A stretch of 64,000 bases of DNA, from NCBI GenBank assembly GCA_002269645.1, contig NIVC01001680.1:124001-188000 (forward strand), given 5' to 3'. A model generated the notes under the pieces. It worked only from the letters and a program-made list of their open reading frames with translations, was not told the origin of the DNA and did no database searches. Made by a program: the position numbers and the translations under genes. Position 1 is the first letter of the stretch. The number at the start of each line of letters is the position of its first letter. Positions 50,201 through 64,000 of the stretch are shown piece after piece. The stretch is from Macrostomum lignano (Eukaryota).

Positions 50201-51998
50201 TGCGCACTGAGGCGGCTGCGAGGCGGGCCAAGCTGGAGGAGAAGAAGGCAGAGTGAGCCGCGTGTGCTGGTGGACCTTGTCTGCTCTGCTCCTGTTCTCT
50301 TGGCTTTCCCCTCCTCTGCTCTGCTCCTGTTCTCTTGGCTTTCCCCTCCTCTGCTCTGCTCCTGTTCTCTTGGCTTTCCCCTCCTCTGCTCTGCTCCTGT
50401 TCTCTTGGCTTTCCCCTCCTCTGCTCTGCTCCTGTTCTCTTGGCTTTCCCCTCCTCTGCTCTGCTCTGCTCCTGCTCTGCTCCTGCTCTGCTCCTGCTCC
50501 TGCTCCTGCTCTGCTCCTACTCCTGCTCCTACTCTGCCCCTACTCGAAATTCAATCATTCTCCTATACCTACATGCATGTAGGAGTCATGATCCGAGACC
50601 CGAAACCAAGCTAGCAACAACTTATTCAACCGTTTCAGAACGTCTGAGCACGCGGCAAAGCTGGAGTCCAAGCTGGAGGTCATTGGGCCGCACGTGGAAG
50701 TTTATCAGTGAGTGTCCGGCTTGCATCGCTTCCTTAGGAAAATTTCTGGCGTCTTTATAGACGATTGGCGATTCTCAGTGCAGATATTTGGCGATTTTTG
50801 TGGTTGATCGCTAGCGAGACTCGTATTTGATCCTGATGTTTTTAAAGCTGATCCCGGCCTATTAATACCTGCACTTTTCAAAGCCACCTGATTTTTCAAC
50901 TTTTATCAATTTAATCTCAGCTAGTGACCCAGCAGCTATCCATTATTGTCTAAGACCCCGTGACACCCTCTCAGGAGCTTCCATCCGCCCAGGCGCGGTC
51001 CAACGCAGCGCCAGAGGCACATCGCGGCCGTCATCATCCAGAAGACGGTGCGCGGCCACCTGGTCCGCCGGTTCCTCCGCCGGCTGACCGCCAAAGCCCG
51101 GCTGCACGGCTTCCCCGGCCTGCGCGAGTTCCTCGCCTACTACTGCGCACTGATCCGCCGCATCGTGCGGGCCGCCACGGGCGCCACGAAGCGGCCCGAG
51201 GTTCGATTCGACATGGACCAGCTCGACCAGTTTATGGAGGACAAGCGGCGTGAGTTGGGGTCGTGGCCGGGTGACTGGCGATGTGGGTGACTGGTGATGA
51301 GGGTGACTGGGATGTGGGTGACTGGGGATGAGAGTGAATGGGATGTGGGTGACTGGGATGTGGAACTTGTGCTCAGCCGTGCTCAATCGTCGCTCGCAGG
51401 CCTCGAGATCGGATTCGATGCGACGGCTTTCGAGGGCAGCCTGGGCGAGCGCGACCTCATGAAGTTGTTCAACGTTTGCGGCTTCTTCCCGGCGCACCGG
51501 GAGGTGTCGGACACCCTGGAGGCCTTCCACAGCAGGAGGGGCCGGGGAGTCAGCGGTGCCGCCACGCTGAGCAAGTCGGATGCTGTGGAAATCTTCTTCC
51601 ACATCTTCAAGCCGGCGGGCACGGGCCTCAGCGGCGACCGCCGGTCCACCTGGATGCACCCCATCATCGACGGTGAGGACGCGGCGAAGTACGTGACGGC
51701 CGAGGAGGTGGCGCCGACCCCGCTGACGCAGTGCATCCGCCTGGTGACCACGGCGCGGCTGGACCGCCTGCCCATCGAGAAGCAGGTGGACCTGAGGCGC
51801 AACCTGCGCCAGCTGGACCGGCTCGAGCAGCTCCGCCAGGATCGGCTGAGAGTTGCCGCCTCCAGCGGCAGGGCCAGGGCGGCGAGATCAAAGGGACCCG
51901 CTTTGTCTAGGCAGCGGCGAGTATCGGCCGCCCCCAGCGCCGAGACTGCGGCAGTGGCGGCGCCTGTGAGGATCAAAATCCACTGGATGAAGGACTGA
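44297..51998 (+). CDS. IQCM: IQ-motif protein, IQCM-like; 9 phase-consistent exons, 5' end unresolved
   Basis: Exons 44297-44616, 45550-45660, 46230-46340, 46419-46548, 46637-46741, 50109-50252, 50639-50707, 50975-51249 and 51400-51998 all join in frame. IQ motif AAVIIQKTVRGHLVRR. The C-terminal CGFFPAHREVSDT and RSTWMHPIIDGED resemble the recalled human IQCM CGHFPTQKQVDDT and KSTWLRPIVNGEE. Candidate upstream exons at 43425-43509 and 43623-43652 have a phase conflict I could not resolve. Confidence 0.78.
44700..45495. repeat. Degenerate 12-bp GGTGTCAGTGTG minisatellite, intronic
   Basis: Direct reading. Confidence 0.93.
46760..47625. repeat. 55-bp minisatellite, intronic
   Basis: Unit TTAAGGCAGGCTACGGCAGACTGATTAGTCAGGCTAATTGCACTAAGTAGACTTA; period read at 47041 and 47096. 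Confidence 0.94.
49184..49190 (+). promoter_or_regulatory. TATA box of the nested Gly/Tyr-rich gene
   Basis: TATAAAT about 100 nt upstream of ATG 49290, with ATTGG near 49050. Confidence 0.6.
49290..49631 (+). CDS. Secreted Gly/Tyr/Pro-rich structural protein with (YGPG)n repeats, 113 aa, nested in an IQCM intron
   Basis: Signal peptide MKCLLFLAALIAVAYG, YGPG repeats with synonymous codon variation, basic tail RGKGSYRR, its own TATA box and AATAAA 49757-49762. Confidence 0.88.
   Translation: MKCLLFLAALIAVAYGGGYDTVEVYDTYDYGYGGYGPEYGYGDYGPGYGPGYGPGYGPGYGPGYGPGYGPSYGPGYGPGYGPGYGGYGYGGYGYEPEYEYYGPGPRGKGSYRR
50280..50530. repeat. Pyrimidine-rich minisatellite, intronic
   Basis: CTCTGCTCCTGTTCTCTTGGCTTTCCCCTCCTCTG repeats followed by (CTCCTG)n. 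Confidence 0.9.
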
Positions 51999-52375
51999 CT
52001 GGTGGGGAGGCTGGGAATCCACTGGATGAAGGACTGACTGGTGGGGAGGCTGGGAATCCACTGGATGAAGGACTGACTGATGGAGAGGCTGGGAATCCAC
52101 TGGATGAAGGACTGACTGGTGGGGAATTCGGAGGCTGGGAATCAACTGGATGAAGGACTGACTGGTGGGGAATTCGGAGGCTGGGAATCAACTGGACGAA
52201 GGACTGACTGGTGGGGAGGCTGGGAATCCACTGGATGAAGGACTGACTGGTGGGGAATTCGGAGGCTGGGAATCAACTGGACGAAGGACTGACTGGTGGG
52301 GAGGCTGGGAATCCACTGGATGAAGGACTGACTGATGGGGAGGCTGGTAAACCACTGGACGAAGGACTGACTGAC
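51978..52375. repeat. About 40-50-bp minisatellite overlapping the IQCM stop codon
   Basis: Unit ATCCACTGGATGAAGGACTGACTGGTGGGGAGGCTGGGA with a GAATTCG insert variant. Confidence 0.92.
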
Positions 52376-52749
52376 AGAAGTTGCTCGTAGATGGCTTGTT
52401 CTTTAATGACTCTTTATGCTGCAAAAATCTTATATGAATATTTTGAGCGCAACCTTTTGCGCACTCTGCCAAAAAGGAATTTACTTCGATTGAATATTTT
52501 GAACCTGCCTTTAGCAGTGACTCTGGTTCTGATGGCGCGTTTTTTGTATTGTTTAAAAGGTGTTAATCGATTTTATTTGCGATACAATGGTACAGTAGCG
52601 TACATGTTGTAGCACTTGATATTACAACTCAAATTCGTTCAAGTTCTTTTTTTCAACAAGATTATTTGTACATTAGTAAATAGAATCGATAACTGTGCTG
52701 TCGTTTGGTTCCTTGGAAAGCAGAAATCCGCCTTTTCGCCGTTTCTGCT

Positions 52750-56108
<3,359 letters not shown>

Positions 56109-56574
56109 GATGACTCACCGATGACTCAATTCTAAATGGCGAATAAAGTTTGCGACTGACTCCGACTCGAATCTGCGCTCGGGTGAAAAAAGCCTCTCCG
56201 TTACAAGCTCGAAAGTTCGGAGGATTAAATGTTGAGTTCGCCATGCATTCTGACCAACAGAGGCACTGCACTGTACAAGCTGGAATGCAGCTGATAACAG
56301 CGTATCCTAGCAACGGAGCAGCTTTTTATTCAAAACACCTGAGTGGCCGTGTGTGGAGCGGCCTGCCTGCCTGCCTGACTTATCATTCTGCGAGATAAAA
56401 ACGCTCAGATATTTTTGGTGCCGAGTCCTGAGCGAATAATCGACAGGAATGGCTCAGCTTATCTGTGCGAACAGCCAGTCCGCTGGGTCTGCGATCCGAT
56501 GCGACTCAAAAAACTTTCTTCGGCTCCAGGGCGAGTTGATCTCCGTCTCAGCCGTTTTTGGGGTGCCCCATTCC

Positions 56575-57030
56575 TTTAGTGACCAGATCCCATTCCTGTA
56601 GTGACCAGATCCCATTCCTGTAGTGACCAGATCCCATTCCTGTAGTGACCAGATCCCATTCCTGTAGTTACCAGATCCCATTCCTGTAGTGACCAGATCC
56701 CATTCCTGTAGTGACCAGATCCCACTCCTGTAGTGACCAGATCTCATTCCTGTAGTGACCGGATCTCATTCCTGTAGTGACCAGATCCCATTCCTGTAGT
56801 GACCAGATCCCATTCCTGTAGTGACCAGATCCCATTCCTGTAGTGACCAGATCTCATTCCTGTAGTGACCAGATCCCATTCCTGTAGTGACCAGATCTCA
56901 TTCCCGTAGTGACCAGATCCCACTCCTGTAGTGACCAGATCCCACTCCTGTAGTGACCAGATCCCATTCCCGTAGTGACCAGATCCCATTCCTGTAGTGA
57001 CCAGATCTCATTCCTGTAGTGACCAGATCC
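56575..57030. repeat. 22-bp minisatellite
   Basis: Unit GTAGTGACCAGATCCCATTCCT. Confidence 0.95.
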
Positions 57031-57401
57031 TATTTCTAGTGTGCTGAGATCCCAGTTACAAGCAACAGTTAATGTTGATAGACTTGCAACAATGGCTTTT
57101 TACCTGTCAGTTTGATTAATGCATGACTTTGGTGTCAACACGGGCCATAAGTTCCTGGCCACGAGAGCTCGTATAGTTTATTGAAGAGCTGAGCTCCTCT
57201 TGTGCCCTTTGCTACTTCGTGTTTGGATTGGGTGAAGCTCTATTTGAACAGCCGGTGCCCTCGAGCGCTCATAAAAATCGCCACTTACTAGTCTGACCCG
57301 GTCCCTGAATTTCAGCCGATCCCTGACTGGGTTCAAGAGAAACATTGATCGCAACGTTTGAACACACGCCAGCTTGCAACGGAAAGTACAGTTCAGCAAG
57401 A

Positions 57402-59156
57402 ATGTCAGCCGTCACCTCTGACCAGATCGTCAGCCGCTGCATCGCCAGCACCTCCGCCCACGGCTTGGCCAGAACCGTCAGCGATCGATCCCTGGCCGTT
57501 AGGATCTTCTGGCTGCTGCTGTTTTTCGCCATGGCTGTCCTGTTTGCCAGGAACTGCGCCACTTTCATCAACCAGCTGCGCCATGTCTCTGTGTCCAGCA
57601 GCTACGAGGCCGACAGCCTTGAATTCGAGTTCCCCGATTTGTACTTTTGCTTTGATAGTCCGTTTTCCGGCAGTCGCTACCTGGCAGCCGGAGCCCAGGT
57701 GGCGGCAGAGGTGAAGGCCAGGTTCGCTGACGTGACCGCAGTACTTGAGCGCTGGTGTCCCGCAAACTCTACCGGAAAGCCACTCGCGTGCTCGGCGCTG
57801 CCGCTGCTGGCGCAGTTCCTCTACACGAACTGTCTGCCCTTTGACCTGGCCATCGACAAGCTGGGACGCACCATGGCCCAGACTGTGATGGAGGCGAAGA
57901 TGGCTGTTGGCTCGGGACTGAAGACCACTGTGATGGACCTCCAACTCGAAGAGTTCTTTCATCCGTATCACCTGCGCTGCTTCCGGCTGCGTCTGACAGA
58001 CACACAGCGTGGTCTGCTGAAAACCGCCGGTCCCTTCAATGGCGTCTTCATCACTCTGATGATGGACACCCCAGACGATAGAATGCCGAAGCCGGCGCAG
58101 AATGCCAGCTTGCCGAGCCTGACGGATTTCTATGGCAAGCAGTTGCGACCGCCCAGGTGGATGCTCGCCCCAGAGGTCTGGTTCACCTCCAAGAACCAGC
58201 CGGAGGTTCGGCTTTACATCGTATCGCCTGGGCGTTATCCGAATCCGTTCGACACAAATCAGCTGCTTGAAGGGGGTAAATTTCACACACTTCAGCTCAG
58301 CATGCAGGAGGAGGCTTACGATATTGACCAGTTTGGAAATAAAAAGTGCCTGCCCAGCCACAGTGACGTGTACTTCTTGAATCCGTACAACAATTCCGCC
58401 TACAGGTTTAAGTACAGCAAGGAGTACTGCTATTATGCGTCACAGATGGAGGATCTCGAACAAGCCATCAACGGCAGCTTGGGCTACATGCCGCAGCCGT
58501 GGCCCGGCAGCAGCAAGAAATCTATCTGGAATCTCTCTGAGAGCGACGGTTTCTTCAACACGCAGATCCTCCTGCCGAATGCAACCAGCGGCACCCTGGA
58601 GACGGGCAGCAAAGCACCTTCAAGCGACAGCGCCAAGTGCGAACACCAAATGCTGTGCGTGCAGCGCCGCTATCAGGTCACCACCGCATCGAGCGTTCCC
58701 TGGCCCCCAGGTGGTGACACCAGCATGGTGCTTGCGTTGGTGAAACTGCGACTGAAGAATGCGCCTCTTGGCGAGCAACTTTTAGCGTTGGAATTCGCCA
58801 ACTCCTTGCTTACTGCCGCCAATGCCAGCACGGATGTTGCTGCAGGTGTGCAGAGATACGTGCGCGAGAACTGGCTGAAGTTGCGCGTCACCAGCCAGAA
58901 AAGCACCGCCAATCGGATTTCCTTCACCTACGCGTATTCGATAGACAGCTTCTTTGGCGACGTTGGCGGCATCATGGGCATGTACCTCGGCATGTCCCTT
59001 CTGACTATGTGCGAGCTGATCGAGCTGCTGCACGACTTCATCCTGGCCTGGTTGCGACGTCGTGGGAAGGCGCGCATCGACGAAGTAAACAATCCGACAA
59101 ACTGCGACACGGGGACCGGCGTTGAAGTGAAAGCCATGCCGAGCTGCCAAACCTGA
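57402..59156 (+). CDS. Intronless DEG/ENaC (amiloride-sensitive) channel subunit, 584 aa
   Basis: STSAHG motif before TM1, post-TM1 FPDLYFC, pre-TM2 WP and ENWLKLRV, and TM2 FFGDVGGIMGMYLGMSLLTMCELIE containing the GxS filter. First ATG at 57402. Confidence 0.93.
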   Translation: MSAVTSDQIVSRCIASTSAHGLARTVSDRSLAVRIFWLLLFFAMAVLFARNCATFINQLRHVSVSSSYEADSLEFEFPDLYFCFDSPFSGSRYLAAGAQVAAEVKARFADVTAVLERWCPANSTGKPLACSALPLLAQFLYTNCLPFDLAIDKLGRTMAQTVMEAKMAVGSGLKTTVMDLQLEEFFHPYHLRCFRLRLTDTQRGLLKTAGPFNGVFITLMMDTPDDRMPKPAQNASLPSLTDFYGKQLRPPRWMLAPEVWFTSKNQPEVRLYIVSPGRYPNPFDTNQLLEGGKFHTLQLSMQEEAYDIDQFGNKKCLPSHSDVYFLNPYNNSAYRFKYSKEYCYYASQMEDLEQAINGSLGYMPQPWPGSSKKSIWNLSESDGFFNTQILLPNATSGTLETGSKAPSSDSAKCEHQMLCVQRRYQVTTASSVPWPPGGDTSMVLALVKLRLKNAPLGEQLLALEFANSLLTAANASTDVAAGVQRYVRENWLKLRVTSQKSTANRISFTYAYSIDSFFGDVGGIMGMYLGMSLLTMCELIELLHDFILAWLRRRGKARIDEVNNPTNCDTGTGVEVKAMPSCQT

Positions 59157-59217
59157 CAGCAGAATTCACTGGTGAGGGTGAGGGCTCAGCATCAGATTTG
59201 TTATGATTTTGCCAATA

Positions 59218-59538
59218 GGGAATGTCAACTTAGTCCCGAAATGGAAGCAATGTACCAGAGGGGCGCTTTCGCTATCGGATCCTTATTGGACCGGGCAATG
59301 AGTATAGATCCCATCTCTCTATGTCTCACTAGACTCCAATGGTATAACATGGGATAAATGTGAATTTTATGCCTACTCAAGGTTCCAGAATGAAAAGCGA
59401 TGAAGTGGGCCGGATTTTTTATGATTCCACACCCCTGCGCCCTCCTCTCCTCCGCGCCTCCCCTCTCCGCTGAGTGCCGGGGGGTTTTAAACCCCGGTTT
59501 TTCTGGCGCTTCCATTTTGGGAGTAAATTGACTCCCCC
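59218..59538. mobile_element. MITE-like element with imperfect 31-bp terminal inverted repeats
   Basis: GGGAATGTCAACTTAGTCCCGAAATGGAAGC (59218-59248) is the imperfect reverse complement of GCTTCCATTTTGGGAGTAAATTGACTCCCCC (59508-59538). No clear TSD. Confidence 0.5.
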
Positions 59539-60559
59539 TTTACAAGGCTAGGGGCTTGGGGATTATCATGGAGCTCAAGTACTATTTACAATTTTCCTTA
59601 ACCCAACAAAAGGCTGTATGGTTTTCGATTATTTTCAGATTGAAAGAAGGAAAATACTGCTAGCTAGTTTATTATCTGATATGCTATGAGTATCTTTGCA
59701 GCTTTGCGCCTCTTCTGTAATTTTTTACTTCAGCTGTTTCTGTCAGTTCCTTCCTGGACTTGCTTTTCAAATTCATTTACGCTACCTTTGGTTCATACAG
59801 TTACAGTATAATAGCTGTTTTCGCGCTAGCGAGACCGATACATGTGTGAACGGGTACTCGCACTAAATTAAACGAAAATTTGAAGCGCTAAGCAAACTTT
59901 TAAAATATTTACGCTGGTACTTTGAATGAACATTTACGGTTTTTTGCAGCCGTTTGAATTCGTGTATCTTCCACTATACAATGATTGGACTGAATGGCAC
60001 AGATGTTTCTGTCAGAGAGGTCCGCCTGTGCTAAGTTTTTAGGGTCGGGTACGAGTATTCCAGCTCTAGCCTGGGAATCGAGAGGGTCCTGAAAACAGCA
60101 AAAAACAGTGCAAGGAATAATTCGGGGTCTTACCTTTTTCCTTCGTCCAGACCTCAAGAGCTAGCCAAAAGATAGCGACCGGGGTGACCTTAGCCCTTAA
60201 CGGCCCCACCAAAAGCAGCTGAGAAGCTCCTCGGCTAAGAGCCACGTACTGCGCGGTGCTACCGCATTGGGCCCCTTGGAGATACAAGGATCAAAGCCTG
60301 CGGACTGGCCACATACCCAGTCAGAGGTCAGAGGGTAAAAACCTGTTCCTTATAGCTGTGGCCAGAGGTACCTGATACGCACAGGTGCACTTCTGGGTAA
60401 AACCGGCATGTTGCACATGTACCCACAACACGACCAAGACAAACCATGCAAGGTCACGGCGAGGATGTTGCCGCCAGAGCCGAATCAGTCCAGCATCCCT
60501 ATAGGGCTGCCTGGAACAAATGCGGGACGTGCGTGGGACCGCGTGCATGGGGAGAGACG

Positions 60560-60958
60560 CAGTGGCGTAGCTAGGATTTTGAAAAGGGGGGATAACTTTT
60601 AGGGACAAAACAATTGACTGATAAAATAGTTTTTTTTCATTTTTTCCTTAAAATATGCATTTAAAAAGTATCAGAATTATGTTTTTTAAGCTAAAAAAAC
60701 TTTACTTTGTTAAAATCAGAATAAAGCCGGCAGACGTCTGTCCTAACTAGGGCAGTTTAAAAACTAGGGATTTGCGGAAATATCGTTTAAAACATTTTAT
60801 TACGAGCGTAGCAATTTACGAGTGAAATAGGCCCGTTTAGGCAATTTTGCTAAGTCTGAGCCGCTTATTTTGCATTTTTAAAAAAACCTCATTTTCGTTT
60901 CCTATAAATCATCAAAATGGGGGATATATCCCCGTATACCCCCCTAGCTACGCTACTG
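60560..60958. mobile_element. Non-autonomous hAT-like MITE
   Basis: TIRs CAGTGGCGTAGCTAGG and CCTAGCTACGCTACTG (15/16), AT-rich interior, flanks GGAGAGAC(G)/GGAGAGAG resembling a degenerate TSD. Confidence 0.68.
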
Positions 60959-60991
60959 GGAGAGAGATTTAGCCGAGCGAAGGCCAGCTGA

Positions 60992-61722
60992 GGAAAGAAT
61001 TCGGCCTCGAGTTGGGGCCAGTTTGCAAAGGAATTCGGCCTCGAGTTTGGGCCAGTTTGCAAAGGAATTCGGCCTCCAGTTTGGGCCAGTTTGCAAAGGA
61101 ATTCGGCCTCCAGTTTGGGCCAGTTTGCAAAGGAACTTGGCCTCCAGTTTGGGCCAGTTTGCAAAGGAATTCGGCCTCGAGTTGGGGCCAGTTTGCAAAG
61201 GAATTCGGCCTCGAGTTTGGGCCAGTTTGCAAAGGAATTCGGCCTCCAGTTTGGGCCAGTTTGCAAAGGAATTCGGCCTCGAGTTTGGGCCAGTTTGCAA
61301 AGGAACTTGGCCTCCAGTTTGGGCCAGTTAGCAAAGGAACTTGGCCTCCAGTTTGGGCCAGTTAGCAAAGGAATTCGGCCTCCAGTTTGGGCCAGTTTGC
61401 AAAGGAATTCGGCCTCGAGTTTGGGCCAGTTAGCAAAGGAACTTGGCCTCCAGTTTGGGCCAGTTAGCAAAGGAACTTGGCCTCCAGTTTGGGCCAGTTT
61501 GCAAAGGAATTTGGCCTCGAGTTTGGGCCAGTTTGCAAAGGAATTTGGCCTCGAGTTTGGGCCAGTTTGCAAAGGAATTTGGCCTCGAGTTTGGGCCAGT
61601 TTGCAAAGGAATTCGGCCTCAAGTTTGGGCCAGTTTGCAAAGGAATTTGGCCTTCAGCGGAGGCCAGTTTTGAAAGGAATTTGGCCTTCAGCGGAGGCCA
61701 GTTTTGAAAGGAACTTGGCCTC
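60992..61722. repeat. 34-bp minisatellite
   Basis: Unit AAAGGAATTCGGCCTCGAGTTTGGGCCAGTTTGC; period read at 61027 and 61061. Confidence 0.95.
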
Positions 61723-63789
61723 GAGGTGGAATCGCAGTGAAGATTTTGTACTCTAGAATTCTAGACATAAGAGCATTGTATCTAAAAGTATTGTACTGGG
61801 ATAGCTAGTTTTAAAAATAAGGGCACTATGTGTACAAAAGTATCGAAAAATAATGTAGTAACAAAAAGCTAAAAAGCATGCAAAGGTGTATTCAGCACGC
61901 CAGTGAAGTATGAGACAGACCAGGCCTATGGGCTAAGAAATTCAGCTTCACGCCTGCCCCTATCTTCAGCAGGTCAAGGCTGGTGGGAGGTCTGCACCCT
62001 CTATTTGCCTCTGGCAGCCGCAGACTCCCCCACGCTGTCTCGCAAGTCGACCCAGGGGTACTCGTCCCCGCGTGTGTTCAAGGCAGACCCTAGGGCTGCT
62101 GGACAGACTGGGCTCCGGCGCTGGGGACCCATCCAGTGGCTTTTGCTGAACTTGGGTATGTGGGTCTGGCTTGCCAGCCTGCAGGCCGTGGTACTGCTTA
62201 AACATACCCCCAAATGCCTAAGGTGTTTGACCGTGCCGATGGGCTGGAAGGCCGGGGGGTTGTCCGGTCGCTAGCGGTCCTTCTCTCTCTTCTCTTCTTT
62301 CCTCATTCTTTTGTGACTCAGCTCACTCCTTCCCGCTTTCAGCTATGGCATCCTCTAAAAATCCCGCTTAAGCTGGGACCCCGGCAACTCCGGCCGGTGA
62401 TTCTGGAGCCAGCGCCGCCCCACCTGGCACAGATGGGCTTGCCGCCGGCTCGTCTGGCGACAAGCCCACACGCGCACCCGGGCCGACGTGCTCGCAACCA
62501 ACGCCACAATGAGCGGCGACGGCGTCAACGGGAAGCTGCAGGCCGGCCACCTGCGGAGGGGGAACCAAGGGAGGGCGAGGCTGCTGTTGGGCCGAAAGGA
62601 GCCACAGTGACCCCTGCCCCCAGGATACAACCCCCGCTGGTAAGCCACTCAGCAAACCCGCAACCAGCGCGGCCGGGCCTTCGGGAACCGCCGCAATCAA
62701 CAACGCCTCAAAGGTGCAGCTCCAACCGGCGGTCAAGCTCCAACCGGCGGTCATCGTCTTCGGGGAAGAGCAAGACCTCGCTGCCGATGAGCTCGACAGT
62801 GTCTGGACTTGGAGCACCATCGATGCTGCGCTCATTGACCAGCTCCTAGCGGGCCGCCCCGTGAGCGTGGTCAAATCTGCCAAGAAAGCTTAAAATCAAC
62901 ATTTGATATATTTCTATTCCTAAATTTGCGACTCTTGGACTCTGACTGCCCTCGATTTGCTCACCACCTCCCGGCCCATTTTGATCTGAACTGTACAGTA
63001 AAATTTAATCCTCTATTGTTATTTCGTGCACTGTGCAATTTTATATTTATCCGTATACTGCACTCACCGATAGGAGGAAAACAGACTGCAGGCTGCCGAA
63101 CGAGACGAGAATTCGAGCTAAACGCCCCGGCAAGTGACGAGCACACATTGTTTGAGGAAAGCAAAAGCAGTAAAATGAACACCCAAAAATTTGCTTCAGC
63201 AGAATAAAAACAAGGCAGGTGTACAAAATAGTTAAGACACAAAACTCACTGCACGCGGTAGCTCGAACGAAAAGCGATTGAAACGTTTCATTGACCCGCT
63301 TTCATCCGCGTGAAAAGCTTTCCCTCCAGAAATTAAAATTACTCATTTGAAATATGCTTTAAATTTAAACTTCGAGAGGTGTCCCAGAAGTCGGGGCAAT
63401 TTCTTCATAAAGCACGGGAGGACACGGAATGAAAATGGAATACGAGTAACTGGGCTGCAATTGAAAGTGCGGACGCAGTTTGGAAAATGGAGTTGGGAGA
63501 ATTCCCGGATGAGTTGATCCGTCTGTTAAACGTCTGGAAACAGCTGTCCAAGCGGGAAACTTGCAGCTGCCTACATATTATTGGGTGTCTAACATGGAGA
63601 ACAAGAATTGGAGTTTCACGCCACCAGACTGTACGGATACAGTTATCGATTAGAACTATGATTGGAACACAGTCTGCCATTCACTCGCTTGCCCAGTGCC
63701 GCTAAAGCTATGGAAAATGTGTGCGAATTGGTGAGTGATGTGGGAAGAGAGGCAAGTTGGTGTGCGCAGTTCGACCACGTATTGTTTCT

Positions 63790-64000
63790 AAGCCTCCGTG
63801 TCTTGCTGCAATTGTCTCGGCTGAGCCATAGAATTCTGACATCTAGCCTCCGTGTCTTGCTGCAATTGTCTCGGCTGAGCCATAGAATTCTGACATCTGG
63901 CCTCCGTGTCTTGCTGCAATTGTCTCGGCTGAGCCATAGAATTCTGACATCTGGCCTCCGTGTCTTGCTGCAATTGTCTCGGCTGAGCCATAGAATTCTG
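63790..64000. repeat. 54-bp tandem repeat running off the window end
   Basis: Unit GCCTCCGTGTCTTGCTGCAATTGTCTCGGCTGAGCCATAGAATTCTGACATCTG. Confidence 0.95.

Noticed and set aside
63405-63705. Short ORFs near the window end
   Set aside because: No recognisable domain or gene structure.

Overview
Eukaryotic, intron-rich animal DNA with GC-rich exons and a private mini- or microsatellite in most introns. The style suggests a free-living flatworm such as Macrostomum; that is an inference, not shown by the sequence. Genes reconstructed by hand with phase-consistent GT-AG junctions: (1) the 3' part of mitochondrial HSP70 (HSPA9), whose introns carry five previously unlabelled box C/D snoRNA candidates, three antisense to the 28S GAGAGAGUUCAA segment (U81-like) and two to the 18S AGUGACGAAAAAU segment (U56-like); (2) an LRR gene; (3) two orphan ORFs; (4) two minus-strand genes with hydrophobic N-terminal helices, a long disordered body, a Gly-rich linker and a short C-terminal motif (pLxIS-like in one, RHIM-like in the other), flanking (5) a triplicated (CUB)n-PAN locus whose 5' modules are decayed; (6) an IQCM-like gene with a secreted Gly/Tyr-repeat gene nested on the same strand in one intron; (7) a five-exon tetraspanin; and (8) an intronless DEG/ENaC channel with a Cys-poor thumb. 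Mobile DNA: two 5'-truncated RNase H-type non-LTR retrotransposon copies with TSDs, two tRNA-derived SINE copies and two MITE-like elements. Most long ORFs in the track are translations of tandem repeats. All homology and rRNA-target calls come from recalled sequences, not from searches.
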